Part shown: one piece after another, positions 18,895 through 45,023 of the stretch
Position numbering within the stretch: position 1 is the first letter of the stretch
Layout: every line of letters begins with the position of its first letter
Assembly (NCBI RefSeq): GCF_009914755.1
Contig: NC_060941.1
Reading direction: 5' to 3' (one strand)
From: the human T2T-CHM13v2.0 reference genome, Homo sapiens
Length of the DNA: 64,000 nt
The notes under the pieces: model-generated
Told to the model about the DNA's origin: nothing
The model's input: only the letters and a program-made list of their open reading frames with translations
Database searches by the model: none
Translations under genes and position numbers: made by a program

Positions 18895-19745
18895 GACTTT
18901 ATTTTTTCAAGCAGTTTTAGGTTTATCGCAAAGTTGAGCTGAAAGTATAGACACAGCATCCTGCACATTTATTATAATACATTTGCTACAATAGATGAAC
19001 CAACATTGACACATCATTATCAGCCAAAGTCCATAGTACATTAAGATTCACTCTTGATGTAGTTCTATGAGTTTTGACAAATGTATACAGACATTTATCT
19101 ACCATTATAGTATCATAGAGAATAATTTCACTGCTCAAAAAATCCACAGTGTCCACCTGTTCATCCCTTTATTTTCTTCCCCTCAAACTCCTGGCAATCA
19201 CTGATCTTTTTACTGTTTCTACGGTTTTGCCTTTTCCAGGATGTCATATATTTGCAATCATTATGTAGCCTTTTCCAATTGGCTTCTTTCACATATTCTT
19301 GAATAAGTATCCAAGGTTCTTCCATGTCTTTTCCTGGCTTGATAGCTCATTTCTTTTTAGGGCTGAATAATATTCCATTGGTATACCACAGTTTACTTAT
19401 CCATTCACCTACTGAAGGATATCTGGACTGCTGCCAAGTTTTGGCAATTACAAATAAAGAATGCTATAAACATCCATGTTTTTGGTTTTTGTGTAGACTT
19501 AAGTTTTCAGCTCCTTTGGTTAAGTACTAAGGAGTATGATTGCTGGATTGAACGGTAAAAAATAGGTTTAGGTTTGTAAGAAACTGCCAAACTGTCTTGT
19601 CTTCTCTTTCTCTTGATGGTGTCTTTTGCAGAACAGAAGTTTTAAATTTTAATAAAGTCTAACTTACCAATTATTTCTTTCATGGGTGTGCCTTTGGTTT
19701 TCCATCTGAAAAGTTATCACCAACCCCAGTGACACCTAGTATTTT
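18895..19745 (-). mobile_element. Old L1 (L1MC/MD-like) 3' region
   Basis: gcagttttaggttt..., ccattcacctactgaaggatatct, gtaagaaactgccaaactgtctt. Confidence 0.8.
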
Positions 19746-19853
19746 GTTTACTTTTACTTGGTGTTCCTGTCATTGTGATGAGACTACATTTATGTTGGGG
19801 GTAGGTGGAAAATGTTTTGTGCTTCACTACCAGGGATTAGTGATTGCTGTTAA

Positions 19854-21817
<1,964 letters not shown>

Positions 21818-22029
21818 TGAGTCATTCTGACAAACTTAGACTTATCAGGATCATTCTTTCTAAAAACATTCAGTATGGCGTCTGATTATCTGAAGGCCTC
21901 AACAGGATCTGAAAGGTATTTTTTGCTGCTGTACCTTCCCTTCAAAACCTCACTTAGATCTCTGAAATTCCTTTAGATCTAGATGATCATATATCATACA
22001 AACCACTTCGAGAATAAAATGGGGGGTAA

Positions 22030-24600
<2,571 letters not shown>

Positions 24601-25062
24601 CAAAAAAAAAAGAGGGGGAGATACCACCACCTAGTTTGGAGAGTTACTTGGATTAGATAAATATCTTCGAAATGTCTTTGCACCAGACCTGACATGTAAT
24701 ATAGCTGGCAACAAACAGTAGCTGATACTACCCTCACCATATATCACAGTAGTCAACTTTTATAAAGGTGTAATGGTCAAGGATAAGCTTGTAGAACCCT
24801 AACTTGAGAGTATCCAGTAGAAATACCATTCTCCTCTCCAATCTATTATTTTACTGGAACAAATGAACAAAATGGAATTTTGTCTTGTTTTCTTATCCTT
24901 TTATGATGCCACGATAACAATCAGGTACTCACTAATGTTTGGAAAATGGAATGGGATTATCTGCTAGACCCACAGACAGTGAAAAGACAAGCAAGAAGTC
25001 ATAAATGACCAATTAAACCACTGGTTTATAACCAATTAAACCAATGGTGGTAAGCCATTAGG

Positions 25063-25365
25063 TTTTTTTTTTTTTTTTTAAGACAGAGTCTCATTCTGTC
25101 ACCCAGGCTAGAGTGAGTGGCAGAATCCTGACTCACAACAACCTCTGCCTCCTGGGTTCATGCAATTCTCCTGCCTCAGCAGCCTCCCCTCCGCAGTAGG
25201 TGGGACTACAGGCATGCACCACTATGCTCAGCTAATTTTTGTATTCTTAGTAAAGACAGGGTTTTGCCATGTTGGCCAGGCTGGTCACAAACTCCTGAAC
25301 TCAGGTTATCCACCCACCTTGGCCTCCCAAAGTGCTGGGATTACAGGCACGAGCCCCCACGGCTG
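25063..25365 (-). mobile_element. AluS
   Basis: Full dimer with a small insertion. Confidence 0.88.
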
Positions 25366-25769
25366 ACAACTATTGGTTTTTAATACTGAGATGTTCTGAA
25401 ACAAAAATTATAATCTTTAATAAGCATACCAACTATTTTCTACCAGTTTATTAACTGGTACAAAATGCTGCCATGTATTAAAGAAGTACAATGTTTTGCA
25501 TACTGGAGATAATACCAACACTTTACATACCACAATCTATATACCACAGTACATATACCTTGAAGAGAGGCCAATCTATATACCACAATAAACAGAATAC
25601 TATACAAGAAATCAGCCAGGCTCGATGGCGTGCACCTGTAGTCTCAGCTACTAGGGAGGCAGAGGTGGGAGGATGGTGTGAGCCCAGGAGTTCAAGTCCA
25701 GCCTGGGCAATGTAACAAAATTCCGTCTCTTTTATTTAAAAAGGAAAGAACAAAAGAAGTCAAAAGAGC

Positions 25770-25930
25770 AAAGTTCAAACTTCAGTTCTGCACTAGGCAA
25801 AATAATTTATCTGGGCCTCAGTTTCTTCATCTTCAAAATAGGATTAGTACCTCTTCTATTTACTTCACTGAATTATTAGAAGAACCAGAAAAGAACATTA
25901 TATAAGAGGCATTTATTAAACCATGACAGT
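25770..25930 (+). mobile_element. MIR (preceded by an Alu monomer at 25613-25760)
   Basis: MIR core ctgggcctcagtttcttcatcttcaaaataggat. Confidence 0.75.
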
Positions 25931-25959
25931 ATACAACTATACCATATTACCATTCTCAT

Positions 25960-27400
<1,441 letters not shown>

Positions 27401-27431
27401 TACTTAGAGTTATGCATTTATTAGCTATACT

Positions 27432-27473
27432 GTTTTTCTGATAATCATGCTGGTTTTTCTGATAATCATGCTG
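27432..27473. repeat. Perfect 21-bp tandem duplication
   Basis: gtttttctgataatcatgctg occurs twice in direct succession. Confidence 0.95.
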
Positions 27474-27776
27474 GTCTTATGAATAATAAACTAAACCTTA
27501 CTACTTATGTTATCTCTCCAACTAAAATGAAAACTCCTTGAAAACAAAAACACTTCTTAACAAACTACCCGCACAGAAATACTTACACTACAATACGTAC
27601 TTCTTCGTACAACCACTATTCAAACACTGTTTTATTTAATTAAGTTTTCAAAAATTAGTCTATATTCTAGAAACTATTCTAAAGGTAAATATACCCCTTG
27701 TTATTGCTCGCACAGATGATACCCTAGTACAATATTAAACCAATTAAATTTTCAACCACTTTTGCCCTTTCTTTAA

Positions 27777-28176
<400 letters not shown>

Positions 28177-29315
28177 CTACCTTTACTTCTTCTATAGTCA
28201 AGACCTACAGTATCAAAATAATTTCTTGATTTTGATCAGCACTGCCTACAAAAATGATGAAAAAGTAAGCTCCTCTTTTCTTATTAACTCTGGAAGAATA
28301 ATGTTATGGGGGCTATAAGACAGGTACTGACTTTTCCAACAATGTCATTATTAAAATGTCAGAAAACTCTATGACTTTTTTCTATTACAACTTTAAACCT
28401 GTAAAGCTATTTTGTGTCTCAATTCTATGAAACAGTAAGATGAATTAGAATTCCTCTTTGAAATCAATGTAATTACCAAAGAGTCACAAGGATGACAACA
28501 AACAACTGGAACTTCATGAGATGAGACCAAATGCGTATTACAAAGACACTTTCTGGTTGCTTGAGTGACACGCACACAGGAATTATTGTACCTCAAAACT
28601 ATCACAAGAAGAATTAAAGCAAATGGCAGGATACTCCTGTTTTGCTCACTAACAACTTTTATTCCTTACTATCTATGGGGCTTACTAAATAACAGTTACG
28701 TGCTACTCATCTGTGTACAATGTCAGAACAACTTTAGTTGCTTTTTCTTCCTAAATTAGGAATAAAATACTAAACATATTTGTTTAAATTCCAAAGAAAT
28801 CATTTGGTATAAGAACGACCATACATTATACACCTTCTTTCAGCCTGGGCATATTTAACTTTTTGCATTGACTAATACGATATGCATTAAGCACATTTGC
28901 TTAGACCTCCAGAGTTAAATGGACAATTCACTTTTTATAAGTGGAAAATTATTACAACATCTTCTGGTATTCACTGCAATATCAAATCAATGACTTCTTT
29001 CAGTATTTGTGGTGGTCATCTGTAATTCCTTTGGTAATTACCATGAATCTGCTTTCACTTAATGCTAAATGGTAATGCTAATATGAAAAGAAAATTAATG
29101 CCAGACTTACAAGCAAAAGTACCAAGTTGTTTCAGGGAAGGAATTTTAATAGAACTCACGAACTGGAATCTATCTACTTCAAGCTAGAAACCATTTTCAT
29201 TAATAAAATACTAGAAACTAAGTCACAAGAGCAAAAATGAAAACTTTACATAGGTTTCTGATTCATAATTAAGATCTCATGAACTTCTGCTACGCTTTCA
29301 GAAAATGGCAATCTT

Positions 29316-29975
29316 GGCCAGGTACAGTGGCACATGCCTGTAATCTCAACACTTTGAGGGGCCGAGGTGGGAGGATAGCTTGAGCTCAGGAGTTTGAGAC
29401 CAGCCTGGGCAACATGGAGAAACCCCATCTCTACAAAAATGAAAAAAATTAGCAGGGCTTGGTGACACACCTGTAGCCCCAGGTACTCAGGAGGCTGAGG
29501 TGGGAGGATCACTTGAAGCTGGGAGGTCAAGGCTGCCAGGAGCCATGATCGCGTCACTGCACTCCAGCCTGAGTGACAGAGTGAGACCTTGTCTCAAAAA
29601 CGAATTTTTTATTTAAAAAAATTAAATTTAAAAAAGTCTTGACCACATCAAAAAAACAGACTGTCAGCTGGGTGCAGTGGTGCATGCCTGTAATCCCAGC
29701 ACTTTGGGGGGCTGAGGTGGGAGGATCGCTTGAGCCCAGGAGTTCAAGACCAGCCTGGGCAACAAGTTGAAACCCCGTCTCTAAAAAAAGTACAAAACTT
29801 AGCCAGTCATGGTGGTACATTCCTGTAGTCCCAGCTACTTGGGAGGCTGAAGCGGGAGGATTGCTTGAGCCCAGGAGGTGGAGACTGCATGAGCCAAGAT
29901 CCCACAACTGTACTCTAGCCTGGACAAAAGAGCCAGACACTGTCTCCAAAAAAAAAAGAAAAAAAGAAAAGAAAA
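29316..29975 (+). mobile_element. Two AluJ (29316-29630, 29667-29975)
   Basis: J diagnostics. TSD aaaacagactgtc on the second copy. Confidence 0.88.
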
Positions 29976-31176
29976 ACAGACTGTCCTTTTAAAAATTTTT
30001 ATCATGTACCCAGATAGACAGAAATCACATGGAAATGTATCTCAATTATGAAGCAGCACAATCAGGATAGCTTATTACATATGTATCTTGAAATATTTTT
30101 AAGTCACAAATTTTAGCTTTGGTTATACAATTTATCATAAAGACATGAGAAACTGTGATGAAAGAATCCCTTTGCAGTACTCTAATGAGAACTGTGTTAC
30201 ATGTATAGAAGAAAGGGAAAGGTACAACAGGAGTACCTGTTTTTCTATCATTTTGACTGTATTGTAAGAGCCCTGAAATAATACTCGGCATAATACTCTA
30301 TTTGTCCAGATCTGTTTCTTCCTGCCTCCCATGCCTACTTTGAAAACAAATAATATACATCATCACATGAAGTCCTCTGATCACAGTTCTTCCCAACCCC
30401 AATCTTTCCTAATTACAACTTAAGTCTCTCTCTGTGATGTTGAGATGTCCTTGATATGTCCCACATTTGAAAAGTGATTATATACCATTTACCCTTCAAA
30501 TCACCTCCAGGGAAACTTCTCTTATGCTGACTTTACTTTGGTCACTCTCGATCTCCTAAGAATGTATTAACCAATGTCAATATCATTTTGCATTTGCTAA
30601 CAATCATGTCAATTCAGCATCAGTATTTTGAAACTGGTACAGCCCTGATTCTAATCCTTTTCACTTATCATACTATGAGACAGGGAAGAGTAATGATTTT
30701 GTATAAATTTCAGTATCCCAAGCCAAACTGACATTAATTTTCACAGCTTGTGGCATTTCTTCCAGATTACGGGAGCGAGACATAGGAAAAACGATTTAAA
30801 ACACTTGTCCATGTGTCATATCTGGCATACCTGAATTACAATGCCAACTATATTACATACAGAAAATACACTAATATGCTTCTGTGACTTAAATATCTTA
30901 AAACTATGAACCTCTTCACTTAATAGTCTCAACTAAGAATTTCCTAAGGGTCACATACTGGTTACATATGGAAACACAAAGAGGATTCCTACAAACATAC
31001 TGCATAAATGTAATACATGACTAGCTTATTGCTATTTACCATTATGATTACTTACATAGATTACAGAAAGTTCTTGGGCAATTTCTGTATTTTTATTACG
31101 ACCTTTAACATAGCATGTCTTGTTTCTCTTATCAACTTATCACTCACTGATCTATTACTGTAGTTCCTTTTCATTA

Positions 31177-31551
<375 letters not shown>

Positions 31552-32189
31552 CTAAAGAACATTTCCTCACCAGCATTCAGCTGCATCACCAATAATAGCT
31601 GCGCAACCATAAAATGCTAAGCACTGTTTCTTAATGGCACCGTATAGCTAGCTGTACATCACTGTACAAACAAAACTTTCTTTAATGAACCTGTAATCCA
31701 AAGTGTTGATTATCTTAAGTTATACATTTTCCATTAGTTTGTGTAACACTTCAATTTGGGAACAAATATATCTTAATCTGGTAAATGCTGGCAGAAGTAA
31801 TATCTCATTCAGAAATTGAGGCCAGATTCTTAAAGGAGTAGTTAAAACTCTTAAAACATTTGTAAAAATAAATACATCAGCTTAGATTACAAAGATTTCC
31901 AAAGATTAAAAAAAAAAAAAACACTTAAAAGGCTAGACAAAAGAATGTCTAAACTAAAACAGGTAACAATATATCCTCTATGACACAATGTAATTTATCA
32001 TTGTTGAAAGCCTCCCTAGAAGCCGTTGGGAGACCAGAAAGAGACAGATCTGGACAAAACCAAACAAAATAAAAACTGGAACTGTATCACCTTTCTAAAA
32101 GCTCCCTTATTCTTTGTCACCTATAAGTCTATCCTCCACATTTGATGACCCAATTACAGCTACATAAAATGTATAATTGTCAGCAGCAG

Positions 32190-32400
32190 ACAGAATGGTC
32201 ATGAGGACAAGTACAAGAATCCAAAAGCCAGTATGAATTTAGGCTCTGCCATTTAACAGATGTATGTAATTGGCTAAGTTACTTAATTCTCTGTGCCTCA
32301 GCTGAAAACGGCAGTAATAACAGTACCTACCTCGTAGGGTTATAGTGAAGACTATGAGATAAGACACATAAAGCCTGTGGAATAGGACCTGTTTGTTATT
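32190..32400 (+). mobile_element. MIR
   Basis: ggctaagttacttaattctctgtgcctcag...gtacctacctcgtagggtt. Confidence 0.75.
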
Positions 32401-33114
32401 ATAATAAAGTTACCAATTAAAAAAAGTTAGGTCCCTGATAATTATTAATCTCTATATACATGAGTGCTTCAAGTGGCATACCACTGTTAACTATAACTTT
32501 TCACTATATATACAAAATACCTTCGCAACTTTAGGTATTCACAAATTTTAATAGCCCAACTCCCTCACTCCATAATAATTTCAAGAGACATCAAACTCTC
32601 CAAAATTTGCACTTGATAAACCGGTAAAGAGTGAAGTTCTACAACTTTAAATCATCCTGCTAAATTAAAGGCAAAGAAAATAAGTCATCTCGAACTTACC
32701 AGAGAAGATGAACAATTTCCAGTGCTACAAGATCTGTTGAAAGCAACAAGATCTATCCACTGTGTTTGGAAACCTACTATGACTTGTTTTCAAGTATAGT
32801 CAGTGGCTTCACCCAAAACCTTAAAAGGAGGCCACGTTTAATTTTGAATAACCTGAAGCTGAAAATGTTTCAGATACATTATTCACAGGAGAATCCTATT
32901 ACATTACATTCTCTCACCAATAATTTTGAATCAAAATACATCATTAAATGAAAGTCAATCTGTATTTTCCCTTTATTAAAACATCTAGAAAAATACCACT
33001 TTATTTTTCAATGAATGTACTTTAGAAATGTTAACATAATTTATAAAAGTTTTAACATCTTACAACTGTCTAAAAAGGTTTCCATTCCCAATACCCTATT
33101 TACCCAAAATGCTA

Positions 33115-33523
<409 letters not shown>

Positions 33524-35333
33524 CTACCATGAAACCAAAATCGGGTTTTGCAATACCCAACTAAAGCATCAGAAGACAGGGTCATCTTACTTGGAAACTG
33601 AGTATTGAAAAAGTACAGGCTAACCCCCTGAATGTTTTTCAGGAAACAGCATTCACACTCTGCTATCCACAATTTTCAAAATCTTCATTAAAGGCCCTGA
33701 AAATCCTGTTTGCTAAGCCTGCTGGAATTCTGTGGTTGACAGTCATCTTCCCTCAAAACTTAACTGTCCATATTATCTATTTTCGATTTTATTAGGTCAC
33801 CTTGAGATTATTCTCTCCTCTGAAAAGCATTTGCGGGCTTTAGTTATCAGTATGTCTCTACCGGTAATTTAAAAATCAATAAAGCTCATACACCTTGCAG
33901 CCAACTCATATTTTATAGTGCTTGCTAATATATATATATGTGTGTATATATATATATTTCTCAGGGATCAAAAGGCTAACATGAACTGCTTCAAACTTTG
34001 GTGAATCTGCATTATATCCTTAGAACATCCTGAGACTCTCCTGTATTGTGCTGCAGCTATACAGCAGGCGCATGATCACAAGGCTTTTTAACAGCCCCCA
34101 GATCCCTTACTGCTGCAAAACTTCTCATAAGCGTTCTATGTACTAGACTGTTAACAGTGCTGAGTTAAAATTGTTAAACTGCTTTACCTATTTATTTACC
34201 AATCCTATCATCTCAGGGAATTCAAACTCTTTAAACTGCCTTCTGAAACACATCTAGAGTGCTTTCGTACTGCTTTGAGTAGGATCTGCAGCGGGATAAA
34301 AACTTGAGTTCTGAGATTCATCCCGACCCAAATTGCAGTTGCCAGGATATGCGGTAGTAATGCAGTGTTTTTTTTTTTTTTTTGAGACTCTACGGATGTA
34401 TTTTACCTAGAAATAGCCAATCTCTACTAAATCCCTTTTAGTCTTCGAGATTTCCGCGGTAACAATTTCAACAGAAAGGTATTTTCAACAGCGAAAAAAC
34501 AAGTTATTCTAATTTGGCCTTTATTTTTTACTCAATAGAGCTTGCCATCGTAAGGGCATTTTTCCATACTAACATTTGCAATTGAAGAAAGAAAAATCAA
34601 GCTTTTGGCACTAGTGACCCCATGCGTGGACGGCCTATTATCATCACGCTTCTCACAAATCTTTCGAGATAGGATTTGAGGTTAGGCTCACATCGGATCA
34701 TAGTCCAGTAACTTACTGCTTTCCAAGCCCAATTAACAGCCTAATAACAGCAACACTTATGCCCCGCGAAATCTCAATGTATGACTAACCAATAAGGCGT
34801 CTGATAGCGAAGGCAACCTTTTCCCAGGTAAGGAAGAGGAAAAGCAGACAATGAAAGGAATTGATTTATCACAGTGAAGAAAGAAAAGAGAAGGACCCCA
34901 AAAGGATCCGTGAGAGCAAAATCCCGGGGTTCGGAAGCCTTGGCCTCAGCAATACTCTCCCCCAAGCCCTCTCAGCCCAACCCAACCACCCCTCTTGTCC
35001 CCTGGGAGCCAGCCCTTCGCCGGCACAGATCGGGCAGACCTGGAGGGCACAGCCCCTCACACGGCGCTCAGGCCCGGTTCCGAAATCCGATGCCAAACAG
35101 GCGGAAGCCGCAAGCCCCGCGGCCTGAGTTTCAGGGGTAAGAGAATGCGGGTGCGAGGAGATGCGGCCTCCCTCAAGCCGGGAGGCCTCTTGAGAAAGCA
35201 GAGACGGGAGAAGAGCGAGCTGGTTCGCAAGTCGGAGCAAAACTGGAAGGAAAGAGGGCTGGGAGCCGGAGATGAAGGAGGTTCTGGGCTAGACCAGCGC
35301 CTTCCCCGCATCCTCGGCGACGCCCGTGTTTAC

Positions 35334-35378
35334 CTGAAAGTCTCGGTCTTCGTTGAAGCGGGAGAAGCGGTCCGCCAT
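35334..35378 (-). CDS. GPATCH8: GPATCH8 coding exon 1 (MADRFSRFNEDRDFQ), G patch domain-containing protein 8
   Basis: Minus strand reads ggcggcaaaATGGCGGACCGCTTCTCCCGCTTCAACGAAGACCGAGACTTTCAG|gtaaac. It has a strong Kozak context, a phase-0 GT donor and lies in a CpG island. The peptide matches the remembered GPATCH8 N-terminus. Confidence 0.96.
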
Positions 35379-35382
35379 TTTG
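35372..35382 (-). promoter_or_regulatory. YY1 motif (CAAAATGGCGG) overlapping the start codon
   Basis: Plus strand ccgccattttg matches the YY1 consensus and contains the ATG. Confidence 0.6.
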
Positions 35383-36437
35383 CCGCCTTCACTCCTCTCA
35401 GGACGACGCTCTCCGGTTCGCTCCTTCCCTCCTGCGACACCCACCCCTCCCCGGTTCCCCGCCTCCTCCCACGCCCACCGGGCGCGCGCAGCCGAGGGAG
35501 GGAGCGAGAATGCGCGTCCTGACGGGAGCCCCGCGGCGCAGGCGCCTGCCAGCCCTGGAGGCTGACCCTTCCCTCTAGCCCCTGCTCCGCGCGCGACCCG
35601 GAGCGACCCCGGTGGCCGCGCGTGCGCACTCCCGCCCGAGAGCCGCGAGAGCTTCCGGAGGGAAAGGTCAGAGGGGGCACCGTGCGGACAAATCTGGATG
35701 TTTTGCTGTTGCTCACTTCCGGGTGTCTTTTCTCACTGTTGCTTCCCCGTGTGCGCAGAAGTCCATCGTCTTCACTAAATAGCAGCATAATGTTGGGCCG
35801 AAAGCGCGACCTTAGAGCCAGACTGCTTAGCTTCGAATCTCAGCTCACCCTGAGGATTCAACGGTGAACGAGACAGGAATGATCTCCTCTTATGGGGATT
35901 TCATTCCAGTGGAAGAACTCACATAACTCGTAAAATAAATATTTTTAAATATCAACAAGTGCCACAAAAAAGTAAAACTGGCCACAGTGCTGAGAGGGAC
36001 AGTCTCTGAAAGGACCTTTGACCGAGGCACAGCGAGGAGCCTACAGCATTGGGGCATAGGGAACGTTAGACCCAAAGGCCCAAAGACTGCAAGGAGCTTG
36101 ACTTCGAGCCATCCTTTGAGAGAAGTATTTCACAAGGGACCGAAGTTGATCCAGATCGACTAAAGCTCTCTGGGCTTCAGTTTCCTTTTTATACAATAGG
36201 GAAATTGGATTCAGTAATCTCTGATGCTCCTGCCTAGCGCTGACTATGAGAGTCAAGAATCGGATTTTTCCATCCCTTCTGAGGACCTCACCCAGTGCTC
36301 CAGGACTCTTAGCCAAAATACATAAAACACATAGAAGGGTGGCAGGACTTCTCTCCTTTTGAAAAGAGTAGTTGACAGAAATCACACAATGGAAAAATGG
36401 GTCTTACCCTGCCCTGAAAGAGTCAAATGGAATGTAA

Positions 36438-37159
<722 letters not shown>

Positions 37160-37199
37160 CAAACATTGTAAAGAGACTTAAGGGTAGCGTGAAAGATTG

Positions 37200-41100
<3,901 letters not shown>

Positions 41101-41242
41101 ATTCAGTGTTATGGTTGAGGTGCTACAGAAGACACAAAGATGAAGAGGAAAAGATTTATTCTAGGGTTTATAAACAAAGGCATTGCCATCAGGTAAACCT
41201 GGATTTCAAACTCAACCTCTGTCACAAAAAGTACCTGTCAGT

Positions 41243-42707
<1,465 letters not shown>

Positions 42708-42769
42708 TCAACAATATATGAAAGTAGTAATACAAGAAATAACACGTGAACATTTTCCAGAACTGAAGG

Positions 42770-44280
42770 ACCTGATAGTTGGCTGTATATCAGGCGCTAT
42801 GCTTAACACTTTACATGGATTATCAAAGTAATTTTTGACACATTAAAGGCAATAAACTTGATTATCTCCACTTTACAAATGAGAATACTGAGGCTTAGAG
42901 ATAAGAAATGTGGGGGACCTTCTCTGTTGGCTTTGAGCCCCTCCGTCTTTCTCTGTAGAGGGGAGTTTCTTCCTCTGTCTTCTCCCTTCTTGCCTATTAA
43001 ACTCTCCACTCCTTAAAACCACTCCACGTAGGCCGGGCACAGTGACTCACGCCTGTAATCCCATCATTTTGGGAGGCCCAGGCGGGTGGATCATGAGGTC
43101 AGGAGTTCGAGACCATCCTAGCCAACATGGTGAACCCCCATCTCTACTAATAATACAAAAATTAGCCGGCTGTGGTGGCACATACCTGTAGTCCCAGCTA
43201 CTTGGGAGGCTGAGGCAGAAGAATTGCTTGAACCGGGAGGCGGAGGTTGCAGTGAACCCAGATGGCACCACTGCACTCCAGCCTGGGTGACAGAGCAGAG
43301 CCAGACTCTATCTCAAAAAAAAAAAAGAAACAAAATGCAAAAAAAAAGAAACAAAATAACGCTCCACGTGTGTCCGTGTCATTTTATCTAAACCAGCATG
43401 AGGACCAAGAACCCTGGTGTTCCTCCACTCATCAGAAGCGTATAATTTTGTCCATGGTCCGGGAAAGGCAATTCAATCATCAGACTGAAGCAATCAAACT
43501 CCAAATGGTGCTGCAAACTGAACCACACAGGGACACGCCATTCTTTTGACGACCCATAGATCGACTCTAGGAGGAGCCCTAGCTGCTGTTCCCCATTCGA
43601 AGCCCCTTTTCAGCAGGAAGTAGCCAGAAAGAGTCATTGCCCAAAACCCCCTAACAGCAGTTAGTGTGGCATCTCCACAGGGGGGAATGTTGTAGGAAAA
43701 GGGGTCCTTGGGAAGTTTTCATTTTTTAAAGCATCTCCGGAAAAGTTTCTTGTAAAGCCCCAGCTCTTATAGCCAGGCCAGCAACCTTTGATATGTAAAT
43801 GCAGGTCATCAGAAACTGGATCCACCCAAATATGGAGATTCCTTCGGCCTTCTTGCCCTTTTCCCAGTTGTTTCTGGCAACATGGCCACTCTTACATATC
43901 CCATGTGTGTAGAACATCACAGCGCCCTGTATTTGCATATTAAAAGGCTAGGGTGGGAGGGCCAGCTTTTTCGTGGGCTATGTGAATGACATGCCTAGTC
44001 AAACCAATCCCCTGAGTCCCATGCAAATCAAACACTGCCTCCTTCAGCCTCTGCATATATAGCTGGCTGGTATCCCTGGCAGGTAGGGACCTCCTCTTTC
44101 CACGTTGGAGCCTCATTCCCTCTGTCTCTGTATGGGGGAGCTTCTTCCTTCTGTCTTCTCCCTTCCTTCTTGCCAATTAAACTCTCCGCTCCTTAAAACC
44201 AAAAAAAAAAAAAAAAAAGAAAGAAAGAAAAACCTTGTCCTGGCTCCTGTAGCTATGGAAGACAGAGCCAGATTTTATGA
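42770..44280 (-). mobile_element. MIR split by the ERV retrocopy (halves ~42770-42908 and ~44233-44280)
   Basis: ctttacaaatgagaatactgaggcttagaga is continued on the far side by ccttgtcc...agcta...acagagccagattt, collinear with MIR. Confidence 0.65.
42909..44232 (+). mobile_element. Poly(A)-tailed retrocopy of an ERV1 (MER83/MER84-like LTR) RNA, with AluS 43031-43350 inserted in the 5' R/U5
   Basis: 5' R-U5 at 42909-43445, PBS-like 43448-43465, env-tail-like segment, PPT aggggggaa 43679-43687, U3-R 43688-44200, ATTAAA 44176-44181 and A tail 44201-44232. Confidence 0.8.
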
Positions 44281-44419
44281 CTGTGGTCAAGTCCCTTAGC
44301 AGCTGGTCAGGTTTCCTCCTCAGCATATCTGGAAAATAACAGCATGCAGCCCCCACACGCTCTGTTTAATGTTCAAAAGCTTGTTGTAAAATATACATAA
44401 CGAAATCTGCCATTTTAAC

Positions 44420-45023
<604 letters not shown>

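Larger units (their letters stand above)
34900..35870. promoter_or_regulatory. GPATCH8: CpG island / TATA-less promoter of GPATCH8
   Basis: Sharp rise in GC and CpG content around exon 1. NRF1-like GCGCAGGCGC at 35536-35545 and GCGCGTGCGCA at 35618-35628. ETS/GABP CTTCCGG at 35652-35658 and CACTTCCGGGT at 35714-35724. The exact TSS cannot be determined from sequence. Confidence 0.9.

Noticed and set aside
25008-25590. Short direct repeats (accaattaaacca twice; caatctatataccaca twice)
   Set aside because: Ordinary micro-duplications with no wider pattern.
35330-35788. 152-aa minus-strand ORF across the promoter, and other CpG-island ORFs such as 34995-35522
   Set aside because: The 152-aa ORF is out of frame with GPATCH8 and ends in the intron. 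Long ORFs are expected by chance in GC-rich DNA.
35810-35850. B-box-like gcttcgaatc, suggesting a tRNA or Pol III gene
   Set aside because: The context matches a MIR 5' fragment and there is no cloverleaf.
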